This document shows positions 38,165 to 51,423 of a stretch of DNA of 64,000 nt, piece by piece. Source of the DNA: the human T2T-CHM13v2.0 reference genome, Homo sapiens. Location of the stretch: the NCBI RefSeq assembly GCF_009914755.1, contig NC_060944.1, one strand, 5' to 3'. How positions within the stretch are numbered: the stretch's first letter is position 1; each line of letters opens with the position of its first letter. Made by a program: the position numbers and the translations under genes. The notes beneath the pieces were generated by a model. That model saw nothing but the letters and a program-made list of their open reading frames with translations. It did not search any database and had not been told where the DNA came from.

Positions 38165-39175
38165 ATTGACAGCCTATAGTTGCTTCCCCAACGGCCAATC
38201 CCTCCAGCTCCCCTCCTGCTTCCAGGCAAACAACCCCAGTCATAAGGGCCTGCGATGTTCCCAGTCCCAGGGAATGAGTCCTGATTGGTCTAAGACAGCT
38301 AAGACAATTCTTTTCTACTTTATCAAATACAGATGACCCCTGAACAGCACCAGTTTGAACTGGGGGGTCCACTTATATGTGGAGTTTCTCTCTCTGCCAC
38401 CTCTGGGACAGCAAGACCAATGCCTCCTCCCCCTCCTCCTCCTGAGCCTACTCACTGTGAGTAGGATGAAGACCTTTAGGATGATCCATTTCCACTTAAT
38501 CAATAGCAGATATATTTTCTCTTCCTTATGAGTCTTTTAACAACATTTTCTTTTCTCTAGCTTATTTTATTGTAAGAATACGGTGTTGAATGCATATAAC
38601 GTGCAAATACATGTTAATCAACTGTTTATGTTACGGGTATGGCTTCTGGCCAACAGTAAGCTATTAATAGTTAAGTTTTGGGGAAGTCAAAAGTTATATG
38701 CAATTTTTTGACTGCACAGGGAGTCAGCACCCCTCACTCCTCATTGTTCAGGGTCAACTGTACTTGGTTTCCAAGCCTCCCTTATAAGTCGGTATGGCCA
38801 TGGGACCCAGTTTTAGATGTGAGAAGAGAAGAAGGGTTGCATCTGGGAAGGATTTCTTTCTGGATGAAAGATAGTCTTTTGAGGAGCGGCTCCTTGGTCC
38901 CTGCCCTGTCCCTCCTGCTGGAGATGCTGCATGCAAGGGCCTGATGTCTGGAATTGAAGCATCCATGTGGTGACCATGAGACAAGAAGCATGACAATAAA
39001 ATTTCACTGGGTGGAAGAATGAGGAAGTCTGGATTCTTGATGATACTGTTGCCGTCTGAACATGCCCTGTGACCCTGTACTTCTGGGCATCTGGTTACAT
39101 GAGCAATAAATATTCTTACGGCTAAAACCAGTGTTTGTCAGTTTTCTGTTGCTTGCAATCAAAAGCGTTCTTCAC
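38165..39175 (+). mobile_element. Old MLT1 (H/J-like) MaLR LTR, interrupted by Tigger2a
   Basis: 'gtcctgattggtctaag' ... 'ggccatgggacccagtttt...tgatgtctggaattgaagcatcc...cagttttctgttgcttgcaatcaaaagcgttc'. Confidence 0.65.
38330..38760. mobile_element. Tigger2a-like TcMar MITE
   Basis: TIRs CAGATGACCCCTGAACA ... TGTTCAGGGTCAACTG; TA target duplication on both sides (38328-38329, 38761-38762). Confidence 0.9.
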
Positions 39176-39631
39176 ATAGGCCCCCGAAGAGTGCGTTCAT
39201 GAGAATTAGAGCAAAGAGAGAATCCTGAAGCCTTGCTGAGCTATGGGCTCTGAGGTAGTTGCTGGGGGAGAGAGGCTAGGAGAGGAGGCAAAAAGAATTT
39301 TTCAGAAGTGCCCGGGGGTGGGGGTGTTGTGATTTGGATCCCTTTAATCTCCTTTGAAAATGCAAGTAGAAATTGGAAGTACATTTCATTTCCTTTTGAT
39401 TATTTAGCTGTCTTTCTTTGAGGAGCAGAGGCTGAGCCTTATGCAGCATAGAAATGATCTGGGCTACACTTGCAATCGCAATTTGAGTTCTGAAAATTAT
39501 CAGAGATTAAAAAGGAGATAGAATCAAAAGAAGCTGACATGATGATAGCTACGTGCCTTGAGTTCTCATTTGGAATAACCTAGAGAGGATCAAACAAGTT
39601 CATTGCCAAAGGGACTGGGGAATGGGGCTGA

Positions 39632-40056
39632 TGTCAAAGCATAAGATTCAAAAATGTCGAAAACAGAATTCTCATCTAAGCACACGGTGAGTACATGCCA
39701 AGATTGCTTTATTCATTAATGAAGGAACCAGCATAATGACAAAGCTGACTCAAAAGAGGATGGAGAGAACTGAGGAAATGTTCAGTACAAAGCTGGTTTG
39801 TCTCCTGCGTCCTTCAGAGCCAAAACAATTTGTAAACTCAGGTTATCTTTTCTATCGGATGTTAATCATTTGCATCTCTTCTTGACACGCCATCATTTCC
39901 TACTTACCAATCTCCCACAAGTCAGCCTTTAACTTTTCAGAGCCTGGGCTCTGATCAATAGTAATGGTTAGAAAACAAAGTTACACCAGAAAGTCAGATA
40001 ACTTTTATTCAGGCTTGTTAGACAACGTTCTAGTATGATTCGGGAAGCTCTTCACA
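39632..40056 (-). mobile_element. LTR37-like ERV1 solo LTR
   Basis: TG...CA termini; 'tttattcattaatgaaggaaccagc', 'agaaagtcagataacttttattcaggcttgttagac'. Confidence 0.55.
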
Positions 40057-40296
40057 TGGTAATCTTTTCCCCTTATTTCCAAGCTTGAATAATTTCCCTG
40101 AACACCACAAAGGGAAAATACATAGGTGGTGCTCTGTATCTTATCAAGCTTTGAGGTCTGACATCTTACTCTTCATGCTTATACACATGCATGTGCACTC
40201 AAGCACACACACACACACACACACACACGATGCATGCATGCATCTGGTAGAAAATCCTTCTTTGGATGAAAGGTTAACCCTATTAAAAGCCGGGCC

Positions 40297-40342
40297 CCTC
40301 TTTACCTGGGTGCCGTGTTCCTCTTTACCTGGGTGCCGTGTT
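40297..40342. repeat. Perfect 23-bp tandem duplication CCTCTTTACCTGGGTGCCGTGTT x2
   Basis: 40297-40319 is identical to 40320-40342. Confidence 0.95.
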
Positions 40343-40966
40343 GCCCAGCTGATCCCACTAGTCACATTTGTTGCTACAATCAAAATTCAACAAAAAGGTA
40401 TTTGGACATTTGCTTGTGTCTCTCAAAGAACACCAGGAGATGCAGTTCCTAACCAACAACATCACTTATCAAAACTACATCCACCTTCTGCAAGCTCTCC
40501 AGGAGCTCAAACTTGCTGCCTGTGGAGTTTTCTTCTTCCTCCTGGCCTCCCTTCTACCAAGTCTTTGTTATTTTTACAGACAAACTTGGCTTCTCTGGGC
40601 AACTCCTTCTCTCTTCCCTCCTGCCTTTCTAATCTGATTTCTGCATCACAAAATTCTGGGAAGTGATTGGTGAGGGGTAGTCCTTGCCCAGGGCACCGGG
40701 TCAGGAGCTGGGTTTGGAGGGGGCACTATCACCCACTAGCAAATCAGACTTATTTCATGGCATGTCTGGGACACCACGCCCAAGAGAGCTCAGGTGGAAA
40801 GAGACCAGCTGCATGCACCCTCTCTCTCTCTCTCTCTCTCTTTTTTGCACACATATTTATTATGCAGTTGATGCAGCTTATGTCTGGGACCTCTCACCTG
40901 TACAGCCTCTTCCAAGGCCCTGGAAGGGCTCTAACAATTTTGTGTTCATAATTTTGTATTCTTTTA

Positions 40967-41356
<390 letters not shown>

Positions 41357-42304
41357 CTAAAAGAGCTCACATGATAGGAGGCATTTATGGTGTCCTCTCC
41401 GGCCACAGTGTCACGCGGGCTTGATTGCCACACCTTCCGTGGCTCGCCTTGCTCGAGTGAGTGTGACCTGCCTTCACCTGTGGTCTCTGTCTACCAGGCC
41501 ATGTCCGCCATGTCCCCATCACTGTTGGGGACCTAGTCATAATCCAGTGGTTTCCAGCCTCTTGGAGAATCTTCCTTTTCCCTCTGATAACTGAGAGGTG
41601 AGAAAAGCTGGCCCATAGTCCCGGGGAGGGCAGTGGGGCTGAGGCAGAACCTAAATGACATGACATCTTCATTATTTGGGGCCTGCCCTTTGGCCTCCAC
41701 TCCCGGTCCCACCGCCCACAAGGAGCTGTGGGATCTGAGCTAATTGGCTCCGTCACTGGCCTGAATCCCCCTCTGTCTCCCAAGCCCCTGGGCCTCTGTC
41801 GCTCACTGAATCAGGGAACGGGGCTTATCTTTAAAGAACAGATGGGGAAGTTCTCATTTTTTATTAAAGCCATCCAGTCTGCATAGGAAAGTAATCTGCT
41901 GGCAGCTGCGAGAATCGCTATTTTAAATACATTTGCATAGCGCCTCAGCTGCCCAGTGGGGCTGGGTTTGCTTTTCCCGCCCCCGGTCTCCTATCTTGGA
42001 ACAAGGCCAAGTGCGGTGTCCTGCAAGTAGCCAGGGCAGCCTCCTTTACTGCAGTGGGAATGGTGGGGGAGCTAGACTCTGGGTGCATGGAGGGGACAGA
42101 GAGCCAGCCACCCCTGTCTTTGCCCATGTTTCTTGGCCTGCCGTTGTCAGTGTTCCCCTGGCATGAACACCAGGACCCCCAGGGCCAGTACGGGCACTTA
42201 TAGATGCTCAATGTCAGCTGGATGGAATCTTGGGAGCTTGGGGAAAATCAGTGCTTCCTTTTCAAGCCCCTCTCCTCGTCCACTGCTTATCCAAGGACTG
42301 TCTG

Positions 42305-42640
42305 TGTTCTCATTCATTCATTCACTTATTCATTCATTCCTTATTTCTACAAGCCACCTTTGAACACCACCATTTCAGGTGCTATTCTGGATGGGGATGG
42401 TGCAGTGAAGAGATGAACAAGGTTCCCGCCCTGCAGGAGCTCACCTTCTGGTGTGGAGGAAGCAGGAGAGGTGGCAGACAGGAGCACGCGCAGAGAGAAG
42501 GCCATCTCAGAGAGGCCTGAGGGCAGCAGGGCTGGACGGCGGGCAAAACCTCAGCTGCTGGGCTCAGGGGGCGAGGATCGAAGTTAGAGTGGTCCTCACT
42601 GATGAAGGACACATGCGCCTGAGATGTGAAGGGGCTTCTG
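42305..42640 (-). mobile_element. L2 3' end
   Basis: (CATT)n tail followed by 'gtgaagagatgaacaaggttcccgccctgcaggagctcaccttctgg'. Confidence 0.65.
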
Positions 42641-42702
42641 CAGATCAAGGGACCCCAAGGTCCTGTTGTCTTCAAATAAGAGGCCTGCCCTGCCCTCTAG
42701 GC

Positions 42703-42891
42703 CAGCGGTTCTCACTCAGCACATCTGGAGACATTTCAGTTGTCACCACTTGGAGGGGAGATGCTACTGGCATTCAGTGGGGAGAAGCCAGGGAAGCTGC
42801 TAAAACGCCCTGCAGTGCAGCAGGCAACCCCCCACAACAGAAAATTACTGGGCTCAGATGTCCACAGTGCCAAGGTTTGGAAAACCCACTC
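42703..42891 (-). mobile_element. MER20
   Basis: 'catctggagacatttcagttgtcaccacttgg...gatgctactggcattcagtggggagaagccagggaagctgctaaa...ccacaacagaaaatt'. Confidence 0.85.
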
Positions 42892-44716
42892 CAGTGGAAA
42901 GATGAATGTACCAGAATGTTCCAGAAACACAGATGCAATTCATATCACCTGGAGACTGTCTGGCTTTGTGACCAGGGTAAGCCACTTGCCTGCCAAGGAC
43001 CTGCCCCCTTCCTCCACCTATGAGACAGGCTAACTCCCCCACAGCTTTCTACCCGGGTAGTGTTTCCAGGGCAAACAAGGCACAGAGCTCTTACAGGAAA
43101 GAGGCTTCATAAATAAAGGCTCAGTCTTATTTCACTGCCTAAAAAATCCATGGAGGAAAAAAAAATCACCTTAGGCCTGAGGCTGAAAGAGCTGCCTCAT
43201 TTCTTTCTGGAAATAATCTTCTCTTAAACCCCAGCCAGGCAGCTGGGCTCTAAGCATCCTGCCCTTCAAGGTCAGATTGGTTTGAACGTGACTGTGTCTC
43301 TTCTTCAAAGCGTTGGTTCCTGGAGCGCTGGGCCTTTTCCCGAGGCTCTCAGAACAACGAGGGCGATTCAGGGGATACCTGGACAGGTAACCGCCTTGGA
43401 AGAGCGCTGGTTTTCTGCTCTCAAAAGGATCTGAAAAGGCTCCTGTCGGGCATCTCTCCCTAATTTATTTGGCAGTTTCCCCCTGGCTTGCTAGGTTATT
43501 ATCTGAAGGACGTTCTTGAAAGCTCAAGACAATAATGAGTCTCCCAGCCAACCCTCACGTTTGCTAACCCAGTGCTCAAGGGCTATTGGCCTCCTGCGAG
43601 GTGCAGCTCATGCCTGGAGAGACTGAAACTTTCATGCAACATAAGGAAATTATTAGAGCTCAAAGACTGTGGAACTCTTTTGTCCCATCTGGAACACCCT
43701 ATTGATATTCGTACATGTATAAATTATGTATTGGACAAGATCCTGTGCTCAATGGTGGCCCCAAGGATGAATGGAGGAAGAGAAATAAGCCATGCATTCA
43801 CTTCCCCTTAACCCTTTGTTCCCTTGAGTGGTTGAGTGGACTTCCACCCGGGCAATGCCACCTGCATTCATGGCGCCCCTTTGGGGCAGGAAATGCCCAC
43901 ATTCTTTCCAGGGTTTCTGTTGAGAATTCCAATCCTCACCTTATTCACTGACTCCTGTATTCTCCCCCTATTTAGCCTTTGCATATTGGGAATGATTAAA
44001 TGGGGAAAGGGCTCAGGGCTCTGTCGCTGGGATCAGAAGGCCTTGGCTTGAGTCTCACTCTGCCACTTGTTGGCTGTGTGTCCTGGGCAGGTTATCCACC
44101 TCTCTGGGCCTGAGTTAGATTGTCTGGGAAGTGAGTATACAATGGCACCTCCCTCATTGCAGTGCTGGTGTGACAGCCATGTGAGATGGAAATCTCTCCA
44201 CACAGTCAGCACCTGGCACCTGGGAAGTGCAAAGTGGATGGAGGAGACCCTGAGTGTGAATATGAACAAAGGTGGTCCTGGCCCACAGCCAGGACTGAAG
44301 CCTGCTCTGGGCTACAAGGGGTTGCAAGGCTGGTGTCTCCAGGGCGAGGCTGGCAGAATTTGCCAAAGGGATGTGCCCAGCTAAGGGACAGCCAAACCGG
44401 CCTTGCGCCTGCTGAATGCAGACCCCAAATAGCCTTGCTTCTCAAAAAAGGGAAGGAAATTAGATTTTTTTGTGAAACTGACTTAGGAGGTCTTGGCCAC
44501 AGTCCCTCAGTAGGGACTTAAAGGAGCCTCCAGGGTCAAAGCAGAGAGGAGGCCAGTAAGGTCTGGGGAGGGAGATGCCATGAGTGTGGACAAGGACGCT
44601 GACATGTGGCTCCTTGCAGTGGTTTTCACCACCCATTGGAAGACGGAACAGTTGTCAGATGTGTCATCTAGAAGCATGCTCTCTCCTTCTTGGGCAGTTA
44701 GGATTGGAGGATTCAG

Positions 44717-44876
44717 CCAGGGTTTCTCACCTTGGCTGAATGTTGGAATCACTTGGAAGTACTAAAATTCCCGATTCCTGAAACCCAGGGATTCTTACTG
44801 AATTGTTCTGTGATTGGTGGGAAGTTGCAGAGCTCCCGGATGATGCCAGAGGGTAGCCCAGGTGAGAGCCACTGAC
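44717..44876. mobile_element. MER5A1-like element
   Basis: 'cagggtttctcaccttggctgaatgttggaatcacttggaag...ccaggtgagagccactga'. Confidence 0.65.
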
Positions 44877-44974
44877 TTAAGGCAGGGCCATGGTGAGATG
44901 GCCTAGGGCTCAGCCTGATGCCTGGGAATAACAGAGAGGAGAACAGAGGATAATAACAAAATGACCACACAACA

Positions 44975-45165
44975 ACACATGGTCATCGCTCATTCTGAGC
45001 TCAGTGTGCATTATCTCATTTAATTCCATACCAGTTTTATGAGAAAGATTCAGTTAATATCCCCATTTCACAGATGGGGAAACTGAGGTGTGGCTTATGT
45101 AACTTGCCCAAGGCCCATGGTAAGCAGCAGACTCAGAATCTAAAACCAGGCTATCTGGCAAGTTC
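44975..45165 (-). mobile_element. MIR SINE
   Basis: 'atccccatttcacagatggggaaactgaggtg...taacttgcccaaggcc'. Confidence 0.75.
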
Positions 45166-45415
45166 TACAAAGCCCTGGAAACTTGAGGAGAGGGAGAGGT
45201 AGAGGATTCTTGGAACTATTGCCTGAAGAATGGAGATGCTGAAGTGTGAACTGTTGGTTCTCCCTTCCTCCGTGAACTCCATTGAAAACCTGGACTCTGA
45301 TAGCACCTGAAAGGCTGGGTATGTCTTGTCTTTCTTTCCATGCATTCTTTCCCAAACAGGGGATGCTCAGGAGATATTTGTTAAATAGACAAGGGAAGGT
45401 GGAGAGAGAAGAAGA

Positions 45416-45479
45416 GGAAGGAAGGAAGGAAGGAAGGAAGGAAGGAAGGAAGGAAGGAAGGAAGGAAGGAAGGAAGGAA
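45416..45479. repeat. Perfect (GGAA)16 microsatellite
   Basis: 64 bp uninterrupted, at the end of an L2-like tail. Confidence 0.95.
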
Positions 45480-45662
45480 GGAGACAAGAAGGATTTAGGG
45501 TCATCTTATTTTTATTATTTCTAGATAGTGAAATATGACTGCTAAGTACCCATGAGTTTGTTGGGAGTTTTTTTTTGTCGTTATTTTTTAAAAGTTTTTT
45601 TATTGATACATAATAATGATACATATTTATTGGGTATATGTGATATTTTGATACATACATGA

Positions 45663-46101
45663 ATCACAGAACACACGGGTAGGCAACTAGTTCTATGAAG
45701 CGGGTTTATAACTCACAGATGGGCAGGGAGGGGCCACAGAGCCTGGGATTCATCGTGAGTCAGGACTCACGATGCTCAGAAGCTACCCAGGCTCAGAAAG
45801 CTACCCAGGGAAGACGGAGTCTCGACTGTGCATGCCCCATTTGCTCTGCAGGAGAGAGACCCAGAAAGCAGCCTGCCCTTGGTTTTATACCCTGGGGGAA
45901 ATGTGACCCACTGAGCTACAGCAATGAAGGACATCCCATTTCTAGGGGTAATCTGGAACCGAGCCTGGGCTGCTCTGGCCAGCTCCTCCCTCTCTCAGGA
46001 TATTGCAGTCCTAGAACATTCTACAGTTATTCTTGAGAACGACAAGTGAGAAGAAGTGGAAAACTGGGTGTCTCCAAGGCCAACCAGAGAACTGTCCTGT
46101 T
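45663..46101 (-). mobile_element. MER54-like ERVL LTR, partial
   Basis: 'cattctacagttattcttgagaacgacaagtgagaag...ccaaggccaaccagagaactgtcctg' resembles the antisense MER54 5' end. Confidence 0.75.
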
Positions 46102-46899
46102 ACCACTAGTGACCTAACATTCAGAAGGTGCTAACTTTATGTGGCATTTTACCGTGGGCATGAAAGGAGACCCCGTGCGGCACATACCACACTCACTGTG
46201 GGTACTCTCACTAGGACCCCGCACTTTTCCGTGGTACCCTCTGGTCCACAGAAGCTCTGTCAGCAGGCCCATCAAAATATGCAAGAGCAGCAGCACCAGT
46301 CTACAGACAAGGGAATACATGGTCCTGGGCTGGGAGGATGGAGATTCGAAATGTATTCCAGAGAGGCATTTCATTTCAGTTGGCTGATGAATTGATAACC
46401 ATGAATACTTTATGTCTCTCTCTGGGCTGTGTAGAAAGCATGCCATGCCTGGACTAGACGGTGAAGCTGAACTGAGGATCCAAGCGGCCTGGGAGGCAGA
46501 GCTCCAACCTCTCCCACCCACTTCCTCCCTCTCCCAAGGCTCGGGCTGGTTCCTGGCACCATCTGCTTCCAAGGGTCACGGCACTTTGAAATCATAAAAG
46601 GCCAGAAAAACAAGTGATCCGCTTAGTTGGGGCCTTAGTGTTGGTGGCTGGATTTAGAAATAGCCTTCCCCGGTGTCCTGGACTAGAAAGGAGTGGTCCC
46701 CAAGTGAAGGGCAACAGAAAAGGACAGAAACCCAGAAAGAGCCTGAAGACTCTGGAGGAGAAACTGAGGCCCAGGGAGCACTGGAGCTTACCCAAGCTCA
46801 CTCAGGAAGCCAGGGCAAGGCTGGGCATCGCCCACGTCTCCTGACGGCATTATCCCTTGACCTCATTCATTCACTCATTCGCCCATTCAGCATGGTAAC

Positions 46900-47150
46900 A
46901 GTATAGCCAAGGGATTGAAAGGCATAGATTCTGGAGCCAATCTGCCTGGATGTGATTCCGGGTCCGCTGCCTCCTGGCTGTGCGTCCTTGGGCAAGTTAA
47001 CCTCTCTGTCCCAGTTTCCTTGTCAGTAAAATGTGCATAAAAAATAGCCCTCCACAGACTTGTAAAGAGTCAATGAGACAATGTACATATGGAAATTACT
47101 TAGAATAGCCCAGCACATAAATAAATGCTCAATACCTATGCACTATTAAC
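46900..47150 (+). mobile_element. MIR SINE
   Basis: 'ttctggagccaatctgcctggatgtgattcc...ccttgggcaagttaacctctctgtcccagtttcc...taaatgctcaata'. Confidence 0.75.
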
Positions 47151-49034
47151 ACCAATTAAATAGATGCTATAAACACCAACACTCAGGGCCATGCCAGCAG
47201 TGCAGGAGTGAAGAGGCAGATACGGTTCCTGCCCTCAGGAATCTTAGACTCCAGCAAGAGGAGGCAGGAATCCAGGTGCTTGGCCTGGTTGGGAAGGTTG
47301 GGGGTCTCCTAAAAGGGATGAAAGCCTGCACAGGCCCTGGAGTCAGCCAGGCAGGAAGGCTGGGCTGGTTGGAGAAAGTGGGTGCTCTGTCAAGACCCTA
47401 AGCAGGAATGACAAGCCAGTGAGAGACCCGTGGAAATCCTGGGTGGAGGTGTCTGCAGAGCCCATTCGTGCAGGGCCATGGGTAGATGTGGAGGTCTGCT
47501 ACCCTCCATCTTAGAGCAGCAGGGGCCAGGGAGTCTGTGGGAGTGGGCACAGCATGATCAGACGCGCCTTGTGCCAGGATCTTTCTGGCTGCTGTGGGAG
47601 CACAGGTTGTACGGTGCAGGACCAGAGCTGGGAGACCGGGGAGGCCATGGGTAGTCCAGTGGTAGACAGTGGCCAGACCAGGCAGGGACAGGGTAATGGA
47701 CTCATGTGGACAGATACTGCAGAGAATTTGGAGGTCGCCTTGCAGGAGGTAAATGAGAGACAGGAGGGGACAGGAGGGACCCTGGGCTCTGGCATGAGCA
47801 GTGGAGTGACCAGCACCTTTTTCTGCACTCAGGAGAGCTGGGAACGTCGGTCGCAGCTTGGAATTGGTTAATGGAGACCATGTGCATGGGCAGGGTGGAC
47901 GGGCAGAGGCCAGGCTTTCCTTCGCAGCTGCAGAGCTGGTCAGAATAGGAGGGGTGGTCCCAGGGTGGGCCCATTACCCAGCCTCTCCAACTAGGAGGGA
48001 AGCACAAGGACCCAAGTGAGGCTCTCCTTGCTTTGCCCAGAGCAATGGGTCAGGGATGGGTGCTCCCCACGACCCAGCAGCTCCCACCTGGCAGATGAAC
48101 CAGACCCTGTGATTGCCCCTTTCGACATTGCTTACAAAGTCAGGTTGCTTTTCATCTCCTCTCATCTTTAAAAGAGCACTTCCAGGTTAAAACACCGGCA
48201 TCCACACCCCTGCCCTTCCTCTGCCCCTCTAGACTCTCTGAGGGAGGACTACATCTCAGCCTCTCCCTCATGGCCCTCCAGGTAGGGATGGATGCAGCTG
48301 TCCCTCTGCCACCTCACTGTGTACAACCATTAGAAAGTGTGCCATCATCCCTCTGCAGAGGTGAACTGAGCACCAGCTATGTCCCAGGCAGGGGTCCCCA
48401 TGCTGGGGATGCTGCAGTGAACTGACGGCATCTGTGAGCCTTTATCTGGCTATATTCTGATCTCAGCCCTTGTCTCTCCAGCATAGCCTGTAGACAACGG
48501 GGACTGAGCCTGGAGATGGGCTGAATTCTGCATTCCTCTCAGCTCCTTGGCAGCTTTCTATTTAACACAGATGTTTCCGAAAAAGCACTGAATTCATTCA
48601 AGAAGCTCTGCTCTCAATCCCAGCCACTTGACCTTGAGAAAGACTCACTTCAGCTTTCTTGTGCCTCAGTTTCCTCATCAGCAAAATGAGATAATCACAG
48701 CACCACCTCATGGGTCTGCATGGGAGAGCACGAATATCTATGTAGGAGCCTGGAGGCCAGTGGGCATGCACTGGACCATCTGTGTGTGAAGATCTGTGCT
48801 TGTTCAATGGAGGCTCCTGTCCTGGATTCCGTGTGAAATGTGCCCATTCAAATCCCACATCATTCCCCCACCCTCCCACGTCTTTGTCACCATGAAGCAT
48901 TGAGAGATGGCCAACCATGTTTTGCAGCAAACTGTGAGGTCTTTACCCAGAGGAGCTAGTCCCTAGTCTCCTGGTTCATGCCCCAGCTTTCGTTCTTGAA
49001 ATTACTTTCCCTAAGGCCAAAGCAACAGGGCCAG

Positions 49035-49452
49035 TGTCTTAGTCCATATTCTGTTGCTTATAACAGGGTACCTGAAACTGGGTAATTAATAAAGGAAAGG
49101 AACTTATTTCTTACCCTTATGGAGGCTGAGAAGTTTCAGGTAAAGGGTCCACATCTGTTGAGGGCCTTTTTGCTGGTGGGGGCTCTGCAGATTCCCGAGG
49201 TGGCCCAGGGCATCCCATGATGAGGGGGCTGAGTGTCCTAGCTAGGTTTCCTCTACTTCTTCCTATGAAGCCACCAGTTCCACTCCCATAATAACCCATT
49301 AACCCATTAATCCATGAGTGGATTACTTCATTCTTGAGGGTGGAGCCTGCCTGACCCAATCACCTCTTAAAGGCACCACCTTTCAATATGGCCACATAAG
49401 GGATTAAGTTTCAACATAAGTTTTGGAGGGGACAAATATTCAAACCACAGCA
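49035..49452 (-). mobile_element. MST-family (MSTB2/MSTC-like) MaLR solo LTR
   Basis: TG...CA termini; 'cctgaaactgggtaattaataaagg...gacccaatcacctcttaaagg...caaaccacagca'; TSD GCCAG/GGCAG. Confidence 0.85.
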
Positions 49453-49649
49453 GGCAGATTTGGTGGGAGGGGGTTGGGGAAGGCATGTCTAATTCGTAGC
49501 CACTCCCCGGTCATGCTTGGCTGTAGCAGCAAAGGCCATGGGAAGGGCAGGGTCAATGGCTCCAGTTGCAAGCAAGGCACAGCATCAGGCCCTCCTCACT
49601 TCTCCTGTCTCACCCACTCCAAGGTAGAGAGACTAAGGGTTAAATAAAT

Positions 49650-50160
49650 TGAGGCTGGCCTCTATCCCCCTTCCATTCCTTCTTTCTGCTCTTCTTTTCA
49701 GATGTCCACCTTCCTCTCAGTTGACTGTGAGCTTTAGTGGAGGCCAACACCATCCCAGGTGGGGTCTCAGAACCACTGCCAGCGGTTGGTTTAAGGGTAG
49801 ACCTATGATGTGATTCTGGTCAATGGAACTTGAAAGCAAGTGTCCTGGGGGTTTCTAGGAAGCATTTCTTTTCTTAAAAGAAGACACGTAGGAAGAGACT
49901 GTGGCATCCTCTGTTGGACAGTGTTGCATGGGCAAGAAGCAGCCATCTTGGTGCCATGAGGAGCCAAGGCCTGGGACAAAGACAGCTCCCAAAGAAAGAG
50001 GCAAAGAACCTGGGTCTCTGGTGACACAGCTGGGTCTTTCTTTTTTAACCAATCCTGGAGGAGGTCCTCAGGATTTCTTATTAGGTAAGATAATAAACAT
50101 CTTATAATTTAAACCAACAAACTTAGGATTTTCTGTTACTTTTAGCTAAAAGCTTCTAAA
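49650..50160 (+). mobile_element. Old MLT1 (J/K-like) LTR
   Basis: 'gcagccatcttggtgccatgag...aaagaacctgggtctctggtgac...ggattttctgttacttttagctaaaagc'. Confidence 0.6.
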
Positions 50161-50917
50161 GCCATAAGGAGGCCTGGCCCAGGCCCTAATGACCTATATT
50201 CACATCCCAGCCCAGCGAGAATCAGGACTTGATTTTGGCCCAGTCCCTCCATTCTCTAGGACTGCAGAAGCAGAGGTCAGATGTGCTGGCCCCTTTGGTG
50301 GCTATCATCCTTCAAGATGGGATGGTATCCCTGGGAGGAGGGACAGTGTGGAGGTCAAGCACACAGGCAGAGGGGCTGCCTGGGCCGAACCTGGACACCC
50401 ACTTACGTTCAATGTGATCTAGGGAAGTGGCTCACTGTCTTCCCACTCTGCTTCCTCTTGCATAAAATAAGGTTAATGATACCTAGGTCAGAGCACTGGA
50501 CATTTGGGTTGTTTTCTTTTTTTCTTTATTATTAACATTCCCATAAGAAAAAAAAGAAAACTTGTACAGGTAACTCTTTATGCCCACCCAAGAAAATATT
50601 CTTAGAAGTGAAATTGCTGGGACAAAAATTACACAAAATTCTAAAGTCTTTGCTCTGCATCTTGCTTTGTGGAAATGCACCAATTTATCCCCATCACTAG
50701 TGTAGGAGAGAGACTGCTTCCCACATTCTGTTCAACGCTGGGCATCATTCTTCTCTTAGCTTTGAAATTTGATATTCAGAAACCAACGGGTCCTGTTGTT
50801 TTATTTTATATTTTTAATTACAGGTAAGGTTGAACTTTCTTCTTAGGCATATTGGCATGTGTATATCTTTCATCCATAAATTGCCAGTTCATGTCTTTTG
50901 CCCACTTTTTTCTGGAG

Positions 50918-51245
<328 letters not shown>

Positions 51246-51423
51246 TGAGTTCCAGAAACAGTATCAAGTTACTTTTTAAACACAGATGCCAGCATCTGTG
51301 TGCTGTCAATTTTATGCTCACTGTCTTTCCTGAGGTTTTCTTTTCACCTCACTTGACAATTGTGTGTCCCTTCTCCAAGCAGTCTTTCTGAACTTCAGCC
51401 TATGTTGTTTTCAAGACTTCCTG

